DNA of 64,000 bases, from NCBI RefSeq assembly GCF_001949145.1, contig NW_019091359.1, positions 338,021-402,020 on the forward strand, read 5' to 3'. The notes under the pieces were generated by a model, which saw nothing but the letters and a program-made list of their open reading frames with translations, was not told the DNA's origin and did not search any database. Positions 37,585 to 50,930 of this stretch are shown here, piece after piece; the stretch's first letter is position 1; each line of letters opens with the position of its first letter. The position numbers were made by a program, and so were the translations under genes. The DNA comes from Acanthaster planci. Taxonomy: Eukaryota.

Positions 37585-40500
37585 TACATATGTTTACAGG
37601 GGAAATGCTGACTGTCCCAACTGATCAACCGTCCCAGTTATCTCATATTTACCCCATAGTCGGCATTTTAGGTGAATCTTTTCTGCTATAATAGTGGCTA
37701 TCATGACAATAAACGTGGTCAAGCTGGGTGTTTTACACGTCCGGCCACCGTTGTCCGTGTGCATGATGCAAAATATAATGAAAATCATAAAGACTAAAAA
37801 CAAAGGTAAATTTGATAACACTTGATTAATATTACATAAATAGGTGAAATAGGTCAAAAGTCATCCGAAATTTAAATTGATACAGAATTGTGGATGTAAC
37901 CACGTAGGCCTAACTTCTGCAGTAAGCACTCCTTAAACAGGGAGCAGGTACGGTTGAAATCGCAAAGCTCTCTTCCGCTACCCATTTCCTTAAAAAAGGA
38001 TTTTAAAATTGTGTCAAATCAACAAAACAAAACAAATCAAAAATGAAATTGAAAGCACATGAAAAAAGTCGAAAAAAATTGGGTCCCTCTGCTGTTGTTC
38101 ACATTGCCCCAATCACACACTTAGTGACGATTTTGCTGCCTACAGCCGTGAAATTGTGGCCAGATACGGTGTTCAATGGTTATGATTGCGCCCGAGGTTG
38201 GTCTAGGCATTTTATGTACCACACGCTATTACCAAAAAGATAACTGTCAAATTGGGAACTTATTAATTACACACCTCATTTCCTTCATTTGCATTAAGCA
38301 TGCACGCATACAGCAGTTTTCCTCATAAATGACCGCGCTTCCATGAAGCCACTTGTCGACCAGCGGGAACATAGCAGTGATTTGATGACCAGCATTTTCC
38401 CGTGTCGGTTAATCAGACTGGAAAAAATTGAACTCATGCATGGTGAAACAGTGTGCAAGGACATCCTTGACCTCGCTTGATTTGTTTGCCTTCAGGACAA
38501 AGTGATGTTCTGACACGATCGTTTTCCCGTTGGAAGGGAATTACCTTCATTCAAGATGTTTGCTCCAATTTTACGAAAAGATTAATCAATTTTTGTCTTG
38601 AATACGAATCACAAACTAGAGGGAATGGTCTGCAGTCTGTACTCTTTTGCCAAGTTTTGGTTGTTCGTCCTCTTCGCTCATGTTGTCAAGGTTCTTGAAA
38701 TAGGCCTACACGACCCCCTTGTCATGATCTGTTTTTCCTCTTTAGCCCCTGTGTGTAAAGACCTAAATAGACTGACGTTAATATGAAACTTTCCTTTGTT
38801 TTGAACGCCGAGATATGATTCACCTTCCGACGTTGGGCAAAAGATACAGGCATTTATCAAGTTGAAATTTCATGGCATATGCATTGGCCTCGTGAAAAAG
38901 GTTGACGTGCAGGTCAGAAATATTCGGGTTACGGCGTTGAGTTAGTTATAAAGAATGTCGTTTCTGTTTTGTGCATATGTCAAATTTAAACGTTTAAAAT
39001 ATACAGTCACGTGGCCTGCATGAAACTGGTGTTACTGGTATTACTCCGATTTCTGAAATGGTGTACACAGAACCTGCTTCTTTCGGTGCAGTAAACAACC
39101 GCATTTAGGTCAGCCGACAGTGAACTTTCATTTTTTTTATGGGGCATGTTAAGGCAACTTCCAGATTAAAGTAATTTATAAAAAAGAAGGGAAAAAAGCA
39201 CTCAAGCAAAATCGACCGAATGATTCTCAATTTTTACTGGGTTATAAATTCTCTGTGTATCTACATAATTAAAGTTGCAGTGCGTATTTATACCTTCAAA
39301 TAAAAAGTTTCCTCAAGGAAAGAACTCTGTTATTTCTCGCGACATTAGTCTGTGTTTTCACACCGATTCTTTGAAATTGCACCTTTCTTTTCACAATTTC
39401 AGTTTATTATTTGCATCTTGATTTAAGCAGGTGCGTGCAGCTTTCGAAACATCGTGTTGCAGATAATATTAGAACTCTATCAAAGCGAACCTTTGTGAGA
39501 TTATTTCACACTTTTAACCTCTTTCCACGGCTCAAATCATAACCACGTTTATGTGCAAGTCGTTTTGCAATCTGGGTATGCATATATTTGAATATAAACC
39601 CTTAATCTATAAAAGCCGAGGCAGGTAAAGTGATTCTGATCAGGAAGACTCCTCCAGACTTTTACTGATGTTTTCAAATGTTTTTATGTTACTGTTACAA
39701 AAATGCGTTTCTCGCAGAATATTCAAAATTATACTATATAAAGAGGTGTATAGGCCTAAGCTTTCTCCTTTAACCCTACTTTATTGAGTTCATGTGTGGA
39801 TCTAAGCGTACTTTACAATCTTGAACAACAAAAACATACGTGTTATTTGAAGAAAACCTTTACAGAAGGACTTCTTGTCGATGTGTCATTATCATGCCTG
39901 TGAAACTTCTATTTTTGTCGCCGGACAGCTACAGATCTGGGATGGTTCACTGCTGGTTGCACGGGCAGTATTGAAATTTAGAATAAAGAATACCCCGGGG
40001 GGGGATTTTTTGTTGACCCGCTGCTAACTATCAAAATTACTCCATGGTATACTAGCTGGCGATTGTCGCGCTCCTCGCTGATAGGTTAGTCGATCTTTAC
40101 CGCACCCGTGCCGTTTACTGATTCCGTGCCTGAGCCTATCCCACCAGGCTGACTATACCCACCTGTTGCAACAAAACAACTACGAGTGTGGCTCACTTCC
40201 AGGAATAATTCTCGCTTCACCTGTCTTGTTCCTCCCAAGCAGCTCGTCATTTTATTGGGCTTCCATTCATCTCGGTTTCTGGACCAGTCTTTTTTTCCAT
40301 TAGGAAGCAAAGCTCTCGGCGTTTCAAGCACGAAGAAGGAATAAGCCATTCAGACGGTAGTTAAGCATGGAGAGTCTTTCGTGAAATGCTTTATCCATTA
40401 ATAACCTTCATTCAGATTTCATGCATCATGTATTTAACAAACGAAAAACATTATGCCCACGGCAAATTTCCTGAAAGGTTTGTCAACGGTGAACTTCGGC

Positions 40501-43500
40501 ATAATGGTAACCTTTTATTTTATCCGGGTTGTTCGTAGAGCAGGAGGACGAAATTGAAAACATATTGGTTTTGTTTTCCCGCACCCCGAAAACGACGATG
40601 ATTAGGTTACCTTTTAGAACTACAGTACTCGCCACGCAGGACAAACTAACCCATCCGTTTCAAATTACTGAACTTTCTGGGCTTCGGGAGGAAATGTTTC
40701 CGTTTTATCGCTCAATAAACAGTGGCCGTACTTGAGGTCATGACTCGGCTGTAAACGTTGGTCAAATGCCTCAAACTGTGGTGTTCTCGTGTCTGTTGAC
40801 GGGTGTTCGCAGTGAAAGCAAAGTATATAAAGCAAAACGCGCTTCATGCATAGGCTATAAAGACTAACAGGCAAATAGATTCTAACATCCTACAAAATGC
40901 AATTAAATTCTTCGAAGTTATTTCATCATTCGAAGTTGTCATTAGGTGAAAAATCTAAGTCTAAGAACTAATTTAGTTGCATGGTTCATGTGAGGTAACC
41001 GATTTTTAAACGCACTGAAATCCGTCAAGTGCACTTCAATAAAATGTTCATTTCTTAAACCTGCTATGTGGACCGTTCTAAAAACCTTCTTGCACATAAT
41101 AAAATGCAGTGTTCGTTTTCTTCAGTAAAATGCCAGTGGCGGCATCTTCCTTCCAGGCACTTGTTGTAAAACTTAGCAAGTAGAAACCGCTGTAGAATCC
41201 TGATTTTCCTGATCATTCCACCGTAGAAATCTGTTCATGTACAGAAGGTGCACAAATGTTTATTTTTTTATACAGCTTACAGTTCGACTCCAAATGCAGG
41301 AGTCTAGAAAGTGCTGTGAGCTAAAGTGTGCATTTCACAACACCTGAAAAAAAGATGAGCCTCAAACTAACTTTTAATAAACTTACTAACAAAATGAGAC
41401 GATTGTTTTGCATGCTGGGCATATTTTATGTCAGCGCAGTGAAGTATACTTTAAATTCAAATTCGATTACAGATCTTTGGGCAACAAAATGTGCCGAAGA
41501 TATCGTGGTTGATCATGCGTACTATTCCAATTTATTTACAGTTAGCTTTTTCAATTATCGTGTTAGCAGACACGCAGGCCGACCATTCGCTTGCTGTATA
41601 GCCACTCTTCTGGTACTTGCCCTGTAATTCTGCCCGCGAAATTAATACCGCCATTAAAATGCAAAACGAGAGGCAAATTTGCCAGAAAACAATTAGATGG
41701 AGGGAAACTAACACGAGAAGATTTGATTCAGCGGCAAGCGTGTCCGGACCGACGCCGCGCCTCGTCAAGGGAAGAGTTGCGCGGTGTAATGCCGTCAGGA
41801 GCGCCGGTGTTACCTTCGTCTTGTCATGCTTTTTCGATGACTTTGCCCGGACCGATGGCGGGTAGAGTTTCAGACTGTGCGGACGGTGTCTCCGACAATG
41901 CCGATATCCGAGTCGTCAAGGTCAGGGAAGGGGGATATCGGTTTCCATTGGGACGATGAGGTATGCATCCATCTGCTTATCACTTAACTGATATCATAAA
42001 GGAATTTACGAACTTGGGAAAGTGCAAGTCGTGTAGTAGACTGACTACACTCATTACATGCTTTGCAAAATTAAAAGGTTGTTGCACAGTTGAGTTTTAA
42101 AAATAACGAATATGGAATAGGCCAAGGAAACTCTCCTCACCAGACAGGTGTAACACTGCAAAGACGACCATGAAATTTACATTGAATGGTGGAAAAGGGA
42201 ATAATTAATTTCATACCATTCGTGATAATATTGCCGACAAAGATAAATAAAAAAAATTGGCCAAGACTTTACAAAACAAAAATGTCTGCTTTGATTTTCT
42301 TCTCTTTATTTCAAGATGTAAAGATGTAAGTTTAACAAAAAAACCCCAAAAAAAACAAAACGGGCAGCGGTTTCCACGCATGGATGATTCTGCTCGTGTA
42401 ATCTATATAAAAAGTTACGAGTAATCTTAAATGACATCAATGGACCTGCAAAATTCAAAGTACTTGTCCTTAAAGGGTTCTGATATAAAAAAATTGTAGT
42501 TGTAGAGAATTTAGCACTTGAGTTTAACAATCATAGGTGTGAAGAAAAGCTTTAAATGTCGACTGAAATTTCCGCTGCTTCGTCTAAAGTGATACACCGT
42601 CTAAAGTTTTGCTGCACTTCATAGATAAACTATCGGAGAAATATACTTGTATTTACAAGTCAACTAAATCTGCAGAAATGTTTTCAGATGTGAACCTACC
42701 AGTATGTTTGCACAGCCAACTCACGCATGCTTGCATGCTAGTTCCAGATGTGCCGGTTGCTGGACGTGTATAGCCTACTACAGAAAGACTCACTCTTCTC
42801 TCACTTTCCTCCAGAGTTGACCATATTTTCCCGCCCCGATATGTAAAACAATGCCCCACTTAAAAGCCCCTGATTTAAGTCTGGTGACTGCGACTATACG
42901 CAAACAGATTGAAGTTCTAGGTGTCTGTGTTTATTGTATGGTGACAGTCGTCAGCCACCAGGGCCAGGCGACACCGCTAGCGGGTGTTTACAGCCCCTTC
43001 ACCAGGCGTGACGACTCTGTAGACCCCCGGAAGCAGGCTGGTTGGGGGCTTCGTGTATTTTTTTTTTTCGGGGAAATAAGTTTTCGAGGCAACAGAAAGT
43101 GGACGTCCTTGAAACTTTAGCATTTCACAAGTTTGGCTATTTATTATGAAAAATATGGTTATCAGCGTTAATGCAAAAGAGTGTATTTGATTAATCACTG
43201 AACTCAAAAGGGTTACCCAGACAACTTCCACCCATCATTCAATTAAGTCGACCAAGAGCTTTTCTTTAATCGCTTTTTAGTAGTCAATGATTCTGTGCTT
43301 GTTGAATACCCCACAAGAACTCGATGCTTACACGGCTCATCCAGTCAAGCATGCATGGATATCGTCGTGTCTGAATCGGACTTTTTGGTGAGATGCCTTT
43401 TCTCCTGTCAAAACGCCCGTTTCCTGCTCTGTGATGCGTCACATTTCCAAGCTCATCTCTTCTAAAGGTGATTCCTCCCTGACTTTATGTGCCAACTGTA

Positions 43501-46500
43501 ACAGAAACACCAGCATCGCGGGTGTTCCGTAGAACAGCCGCGTATTTGATACAAATGTAAATTTCGCGATTAATATATAGGACATTTTAACATCCAGCAG
43601 CTGTCTATTATTTTGCCATCCTAAAATCAAAATGTGTAACTTATAGTCGGTGTAATAGTCGGTAAACCAAAGACGTATTTGTTCCAAGAGCAGGGACAAA
43701 TAACTAGTGGGAAGCGGAACGTATGTGTTATCCTTTTAGCTATGAGTGCAACTCTTTCATGCCTATGTCAAGCGCTAAAATTGGTGAGCTTGAAGCACAT
43801 TTCCAGGTATAAATTGGTCACAGACACTCGTTCCAGAAGGCCGTCATGTTGATGATTGAACAGGTCAGCTGACAGCTTTCGACCAATCACCACATTCCTT
43901 CTGTTAGCGAGGTCATGCTAATTTTGTACAGGTGATTTTGATTGGCTGTCGTCCAGGGTCGTATAACATTTATATGCACGTACACTGTACACATCGGCGT
44001 GCCGACTCAAGAGTCAGACTACAGCGAAGGACAATTTTCAAAAGTCCCACGTAACAAGTTGTCCCAGTATGTAACAAACACAACTTCGACCGAAGACCTC
44101 AGTTGGTGTCCTCAGTGGTGTCTAAAGACATATTGCTTACGACTGCGGACTGGCTCTTGGCAGTTTGCCGATCACAAACATTTGGGTGCTGGAAATTAAC
44201 TTCTTCCAATCTTTCGGCCTTCGCACGATGCCTTCAAAAGTAATCAAACGTTCACTAACATCGGGAATCCCGTAAATGCCTGTCCGCACTCAAGCCGCCT
44301 CCACTGCGGTGTAAGCGTTATGTTATTGCTGGGCTTGAGTGACCGGTGGTGTCGGCTGTCCGTTCCAATCGATGACACGGCCACCCCGTCCGCAGGGCCG
44401 GGCTTCTGTCGTGGCGCCTTCGATGGGTCGATTGGCCGTCATCGTGATCATGTACCGTTACAACCCCTCCGTGATGACGGATAGGATGTGTATTGTGCTG
44501 GCAACTCATCGCCTTCAAGGGCCGTCCAGTTGTTAGTCCAGTCATTTTGAAAAAAAAACTCTACGAATTGTTTTGTAAGTTATATTTGACCGAGTTTCCT
44601 GTTATTTTGGACGAGCTGGACTTCATCAGGGTTGGGTGGCCGTCACCTTCCTGCTTTATGCAGTGAAGTAAACAAGATCGCCTTGCAAAACTTCCATGTG
44701 TATAAGACAATTTGGACACCAATATCAGGACTAAACCAGGTCACGTACATGTTGTGTGTAGCTTTTCTTCCCTTTCCAAATTTGAAGCGAACACTAAAAT
44801 AAAACCAATCACTCAAATCTAAATGAAGTAAAAATCAAATAAAAATGGCGGGTTTTCGACACCATGATTGTCCCATAATATTCTCTTTACATGTAACTGC
44901 CATGCGATAGTTATTGACTAAATTAAACAAAACATAAAGAAGTATGAAGCAGACACATGATTGGTAAGTGATAAAATCAGATGAACTCTTGATCGCAAGA
45001 ACTAAAATGAGATAGACGCATGACGCATTTGGAACTCATTCAAGGAAAGTCCTTTTTTGCTAAAACTGAACGATTGAGGGCGGTATTCAAAAATCAAATT
45101 TAGTGTAACAATGGCCAACAACAATATTGTTGAATGCGGTTTAGAGAGATCTGATGACTGGTCTTTAGATTGGCCGGCTCGTTTGAATCGAAGTCACCAC
45201 GTGACTTCATTACACAGCGATGTCTAGCTCAGTGCTCGAGTTCCGCAACACATGTATCTTCCTCCATGGTTCGTAAAAGAGAGTTCGCTCTGATTGAAAT
45301 CGATCTGAGGTTGTTTCCAAGCCATCGCACCGACTTCAACGCGGTTTCTAGTTCCAGCTGTGGTATATCAGTCAGGGGGTTGAGGAAATTTCAAATGCAG
45401 TAGCCCTCAGTATCGTCGTACCTGTTTTTTTTTTTTGTGCCAGGCAAGGCTCAGCCGCACTTGACGCGTCATCATCTTCTTTATTTATTGCTTGCGGAAA
45501 CAATTGCTTAGAGGCTGATGAATGTCGTGTGTACATAAGGAGCTCTGATTGGCACGGCTGAGACAGGCCAAGCATGCTGACATTTTATACAGTCTCTCTC
45601 TCATCTCCATCCGCTCCCCCAGCCCACTATGACGTGACCATAGAGATTATGTTAGGCTTTTTCAAGTCCCATTGGAAGCTGACCTAACCTCATCAGAAAT
45701 GGCAAAGTGGCCTTAGAAACTTTTTAATGCGATTTTTGTAAGTGCTCATTTTTGTGTTTCATTTCAATTGATTTGTTTTAAATTTTTGCTGTGCCTTTTT
45801 ATGGGCAATTCGGTACCTCTTTGTATTTCTCTGCTGATGCAAGCGTGCATATGTGTGACTTTAGACTGCAGTTCGAGGTTAATTTGGTCGGGAAACCTAT
45901 AAAAATCCTATATATTTCAAGAATGTCAACCCTTTAGCTTTTCCTTCAAGCCTTTCTCAATTACCATCAATTTCATGCACTGTGCTCAAGCCTGTACCAA
46001 CAAAGCACTGAATCCATTTTTGAAATGTATCAAATGTAAGTAGGCTACATCATGTATTTATTGCGCAATAAAAAACGCTCTTGAAATAACGTGACCCACA
46101 CATATGAATGCAATTAATGACTAGAATTAAGACTACAGACTAACTTCCTGACCCCTAGTGATCTGACATCCGCTTTGTTTGTATGTTTCTGTCAAGGAAC
46201 CGGCTGGACTCGCGAAAATTAGCGCTCCAGCGTACACGGCGTACATGGCCACTTCATTTATCAGGGCTGAGATGATGAAGATGTCACACTGTGACGGTTT
46301 GCTGACCTGCCATCCCCGCACCGTGTGCTGTACATCATAGGTGCAACGTTTAAACGGGTTTATTTTGCTTGTAAAAACATTTCGAACGAGGCCGTGGGAT
46401 GGCCTGTAATCGAAGAGAACTTTTTGAACACTTGTCTGCCTCTCCTTTTTTTTTACTGCCAATATCTGCTATGAAGTGGGTACCCCGTGATTTTGACAGA

Positions 46501-47334
46501 GGGTAGACAACAGCCCACATAGAATCCAAATTATTCTAATAGTAACTGTACTGAACAATGTTCGGAGATGTTTACCCTCATGCGCGGAGAAGTCTCTCTG
46601 TAGAGGTCGTCATTTTTTTACGATTTTAAATAATCACAATTATTTTGTTATTCTGATAAAAGAGCTTGCACCACATGACGTTTTGTGTTAAAATCAGTTG
46701 CCCACGCAGAGTTTGATTTCTAATTAAAATGACATCGTACAATCGATGTTATCGATCTTTGCATTGTTTGGCAGGTATCGGTGAGCGCCAAATGCAGTGA
46801 CAAAACATTATTGCCCAGCGCCATAGAAACTACACCCTGCATCAATATTTCGCTTCACGCGCGCTAGATTTTTTTGTTAGATCTTGTTTAAAGTTTAACG
46901 CAGGTGCTGTTCGTTCGAATGTGTTAAATTTGGTTGGTCGATAACCCACGAAGTATTGCAGGACACACCTTTTCGAAGCCAGTTCTCTCCCTCTCTTTAA
47001 TAAATGGCCTAAATACTTTTTGGTACATCTTGGGTCCAGGCTGCGAAGTCCGGTCTGTGCAACATTGTCACCTTTAATATTGAAAGAATTCCATATCATT
47101 TTGGGGGTACGTGTATTGAAAAATGCACTTTTTAAAAACATTCCGGATAACAGAGGGCGTTGTTGCTGCGATGTTAACCAGGAAAGACATTGCTCAGTTT
47201 ATATTTCTGTTTAAATTTTGACCCCAAATTTGAAAGAAAATCACGAGAAATGGTTTTTGTTGGCTTATTACCATGTGCTCAAACAACAGTGAATCACTAA
47301 AGAAAAGAACATTTAAATCAGAAAAAAACATACA

Positions 47335-47354
47335 CAAACAAACAAACAAACAAA
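47335..47354. repeat. (CAAA)5 microsatellite
   Basis: Read directly. Confidence 0.9.
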
Positions 47355-50300
47355 AATCGAACAGTTTTGTTTGCAAATCAGTGCAACATTGAGGTTTTAT
47401 CCCCTGGAATGACGTAACCGTTCCACTCATAAATATTGAAATTTGCATTCGCATAAAACAAAAAAAAAGACACAAAAATACAAATAATGTTCAATATAGC
47501 AAAACAAGGATAAATGAAACACAAACGTGCATTTTCAAGGACTGTTTAGTATAAACCCTTTAATGGCAAACTTTCCCATGATGCAACACAACATTGCATT
47601 GCTCATAGACATATAAACGCATAGACCGCCAGTCTTGCGCGTGTAACCGTGATTTTGGAAAGTATGGGCAAATAATAGGCGAATTACGGTGGATAACAGC
47701 GCGTTCAGTGAGCATTACGTGCAATGCATTTACATTGCCTGTATTTGTTTACATGTGCTTCCAAAATACGTTCATTTTTTTGCTCTTCGGTACTGCTATC
47801 TCTACTTTTCAAATGATGTAACCGCATTGTTTTGAATCCATATGGGCCAGATTAAGTATATAAATGGAAGATTTCTTACAATTGAAAATTGGCTTCATAG
47901 AATTTTATGGCTGGAATTCTTCAACTGTGCGTAAATTCCCTAAACCGAGGAGTGAATTTGCCCATAGTTTTTATATGAGTCAGGCGCCTGGCAGATCACG
48001 ACCCCCCCCCGCAGTTTTGACTAGGACTTGGCCGTCTATGCGTTTTTATGTCTGTGGCATTGCTGGCCAATTCTCATTAGGTACGGTATCCCATTGAGGA
48101 GTACCAGGGTGATGCTGTAATCATGTGCTATACTTGTAGTATTCCACATAATTTGTTGCAGCAGGCCCCAAACCTCCAACTCATTCATGTAGGTGAGGAC
48201 AGAATGCCAGTCGAGGATGTCCAGTCGAGGATCATTTTTGTCGACGGTCTGACTCCGTCCCGTAAAACAGCCCACTAACAAACACCCTTACGATTTCGAT
48301 TGACGTACATGTACTTGAAACCCTGCGTGCGTTCAGTTATCTTTGATACATGTACGTACATGGGGCATCTCTGACCTGGGGATTTTTGCTTAGCCAAACA
48401 ATTGATACGGTTGGGACGAGTCGAGTCAACTCGTGAAATTCAATCAAACGCACCTTATAAAGTCGAGTATCTGTGAATAGATTTTTTAAAAAATGAAAAA
48501 CTATTTGAGAAAAGTTCAACCTACCTCGGATCATACACCTGGTGTATTCAGTATTTGAGTATTCCGGGAGGGCAAGGTCATTCGAGAACCCGTACGAGTA
48601 CCCGTATGTCCGCGCTGATAGGGCAGACCTCCCGTGCGCGTATGCTGTTCCCGAATAACCTCGTATGCGCTTCGTGCGCTGTACGAATACCGCACTGTGG
48701 CTCATTCAATCAACCACAACGTCTTCGACGCTCTATGGTTATGAAGCATGCGCCATGGCATCTCACATATACTGCACGTTTCGTTTTAGGTAAGGAAATG
48801 CTCTCAAGACTTGGTCACGCAAACCTCACCATTTACACTGTAGAAAACGTCATGAACAAGACTGGAGGAATGTGTCTATTCTCCACAGAAAAAGAAACAG
48901 AAACAAGACAGATTGGTTCTTCATATAATGTATGCGCGATTCGTGGCATTTTTCACGTCTTTTGAATCTTTTGTCCCTCTGCTGTCAACACAGCTCCTCC
49001 AAAATCATTTTTGTTTTGAAGGAATCGGTTTAGAGCAAACGGTTCTGAGGTCAAAAAGTGATTCGGCTGTATTTCAAAACCAAGAAAACAATAAGTCATT
49101 GTCGGGTGCTACATAGTATAACCTACAGAAGCAGAATTCATGGACTGCTGATGAAATGTACAGGGTGACGAAATCTCAAAGCTATCTGGTCACCTGCCCT
49201 TTTTATTATTTCATTTTGGAGTGAACCTCGTGTTATCGCTTCCGCATCTTCGTTTTCTCCTGTCTCTTTTGTCTTTTCCATTCATTCCTCTTCTTTCCTC
49301 CACTCTCCTGCATCCTTGTTCCTTTCCTCTTTTTGCCCTTCCACTCTATTTAATTCGCCAAGGAGCCACCCCTGCCGTCGCCTTCTTTCATCCTGGTTGT
49401 AATTCCAGGCCTTTGGAGGCCCCACTACCTTCCCGCCCACAATGCCACACATCCTGGCTGCGGAATGTCGTTTCCTGTCCTTACTCAAGGCCGACATGTC
49501 ACCTTTTGAGCAGAGTGAAAACTCTATCTTGATTCCTTGGGATTTTCATCCTCTATTACTTGAAAAGTCTCCCTAAGGGCTTTTCTTTGTTGAATCGGCG
49601 TGAAATACAAGAACCAATGGGCCATTAATTTTATAGAAATATAGTTTGGTTTATTACATGTAAGCCAGTAAAATGTTTATCTCATTTTTTTCTTTCAAAA
49701 TTTTTAAATTTCATCCTAATATGAATCAGTGATGAAAACGAGCAATATTTTTCTACACTTTGTGCAAAATTCCCCCATTTTTAAATTACAGCACTGAGTG
49801 GCTCGTCGGGAGATTGTGCAAGAAAGGAAAAAATCAGATTAACCCATGACAAACTGTCATATTTTTTTTACTGGCCTATAATCAGGGAATCTCTCTCCTC
49901 GGAAAGTTGAATAGGTGACTGAAGCAGCTTCTAAAACACGACATTGTATCACGAGACAATGGCCAAACCACTTATTATCACTATAGAGGACGCTCTTCTT
50001 CTTTTCTCCTCCCCCCCCGCGACAACACCGACATGGCGTTCTTTGTCTATTGATTAAACTCTGGCGTATTTTGGACAGATATGTCGGCCCCTGTCTTGAG
50101 CGCGGCATAACCGTCCTTCCCTGACAAGAAATCGATGGAAATTTCCTTGCTCACCAGCCCGTGTGATTGTTCTTGTAAAGCGAGGTTCACGCGCCCTCAT
50201 AGAGCCTGTCGGTAATTTCTCAAAATACATCTTTATCAATGCAATTACCTTGTGTTATTTAGTTGGCCATGAATTTGCCATCACGCGATGTTCTTTTACA

Positions 50301-50860
50301 CCGTTAACATGTACGTCGTTGGAAATTGGAAACCCCATCACACAGGTTTCGTGCGTATACACTCGTTTAATAAGTTGTCGAAAATAGTTTATTTTGTGAT
50401 AGCTGAAGAAGAATGAACCGTATATATTCGCATTAAGTTCCACTCCTGTGCTGTTAACAAATGAATGAGTTATCAAATCTTTCATTTCACATTTAGGAGA
50501 GTCGGGTATATGAGACAAATGGTGCGGAAAGCCGTCCTTATGGAACAAGTCATAGAAATAGGACGAAGAGGATAAAGTGCAGAAATACATGTACGTGAGG
50601 AAAAAAAACATTAGAAAGGAAGATTGGGTAACAAAGAACTTGAGAATGCAGCTTACACCGGCTTGATCAATATGAGCCAATTTGATCACATGTTATTCCA
50701 AATAATGGATGCATCTTGAGCATTCAATGAAACTCAACATAAAGGCTCGCTAACTCCACGAGAAACAAAACTGTCGAATAGGCTAGCTGCACGTAACAGA
50801 CAAAGGTCTACAAGACTTATATTGATCTTCGATCTTGAACTAATAAGATCTGAGGTCAGT

Positions 50861-50930
50861 TCGCAAGGTGGAATCGAACCCATGACGATAAAAGATATAA
50901 ACATCCTTAAAAGGGCTGAGCCAGAATCGG
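50861..50930 (-). pseudogene. Decayed tRNA or SINE head
   Basis: Perfect B box GGTTCGATTCC (50880-50870) and A box-like TGGCTCAGC starting 50923, 43 nt apart as in tRNAs. No intact cloverleaf. Confidence 0.45.
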
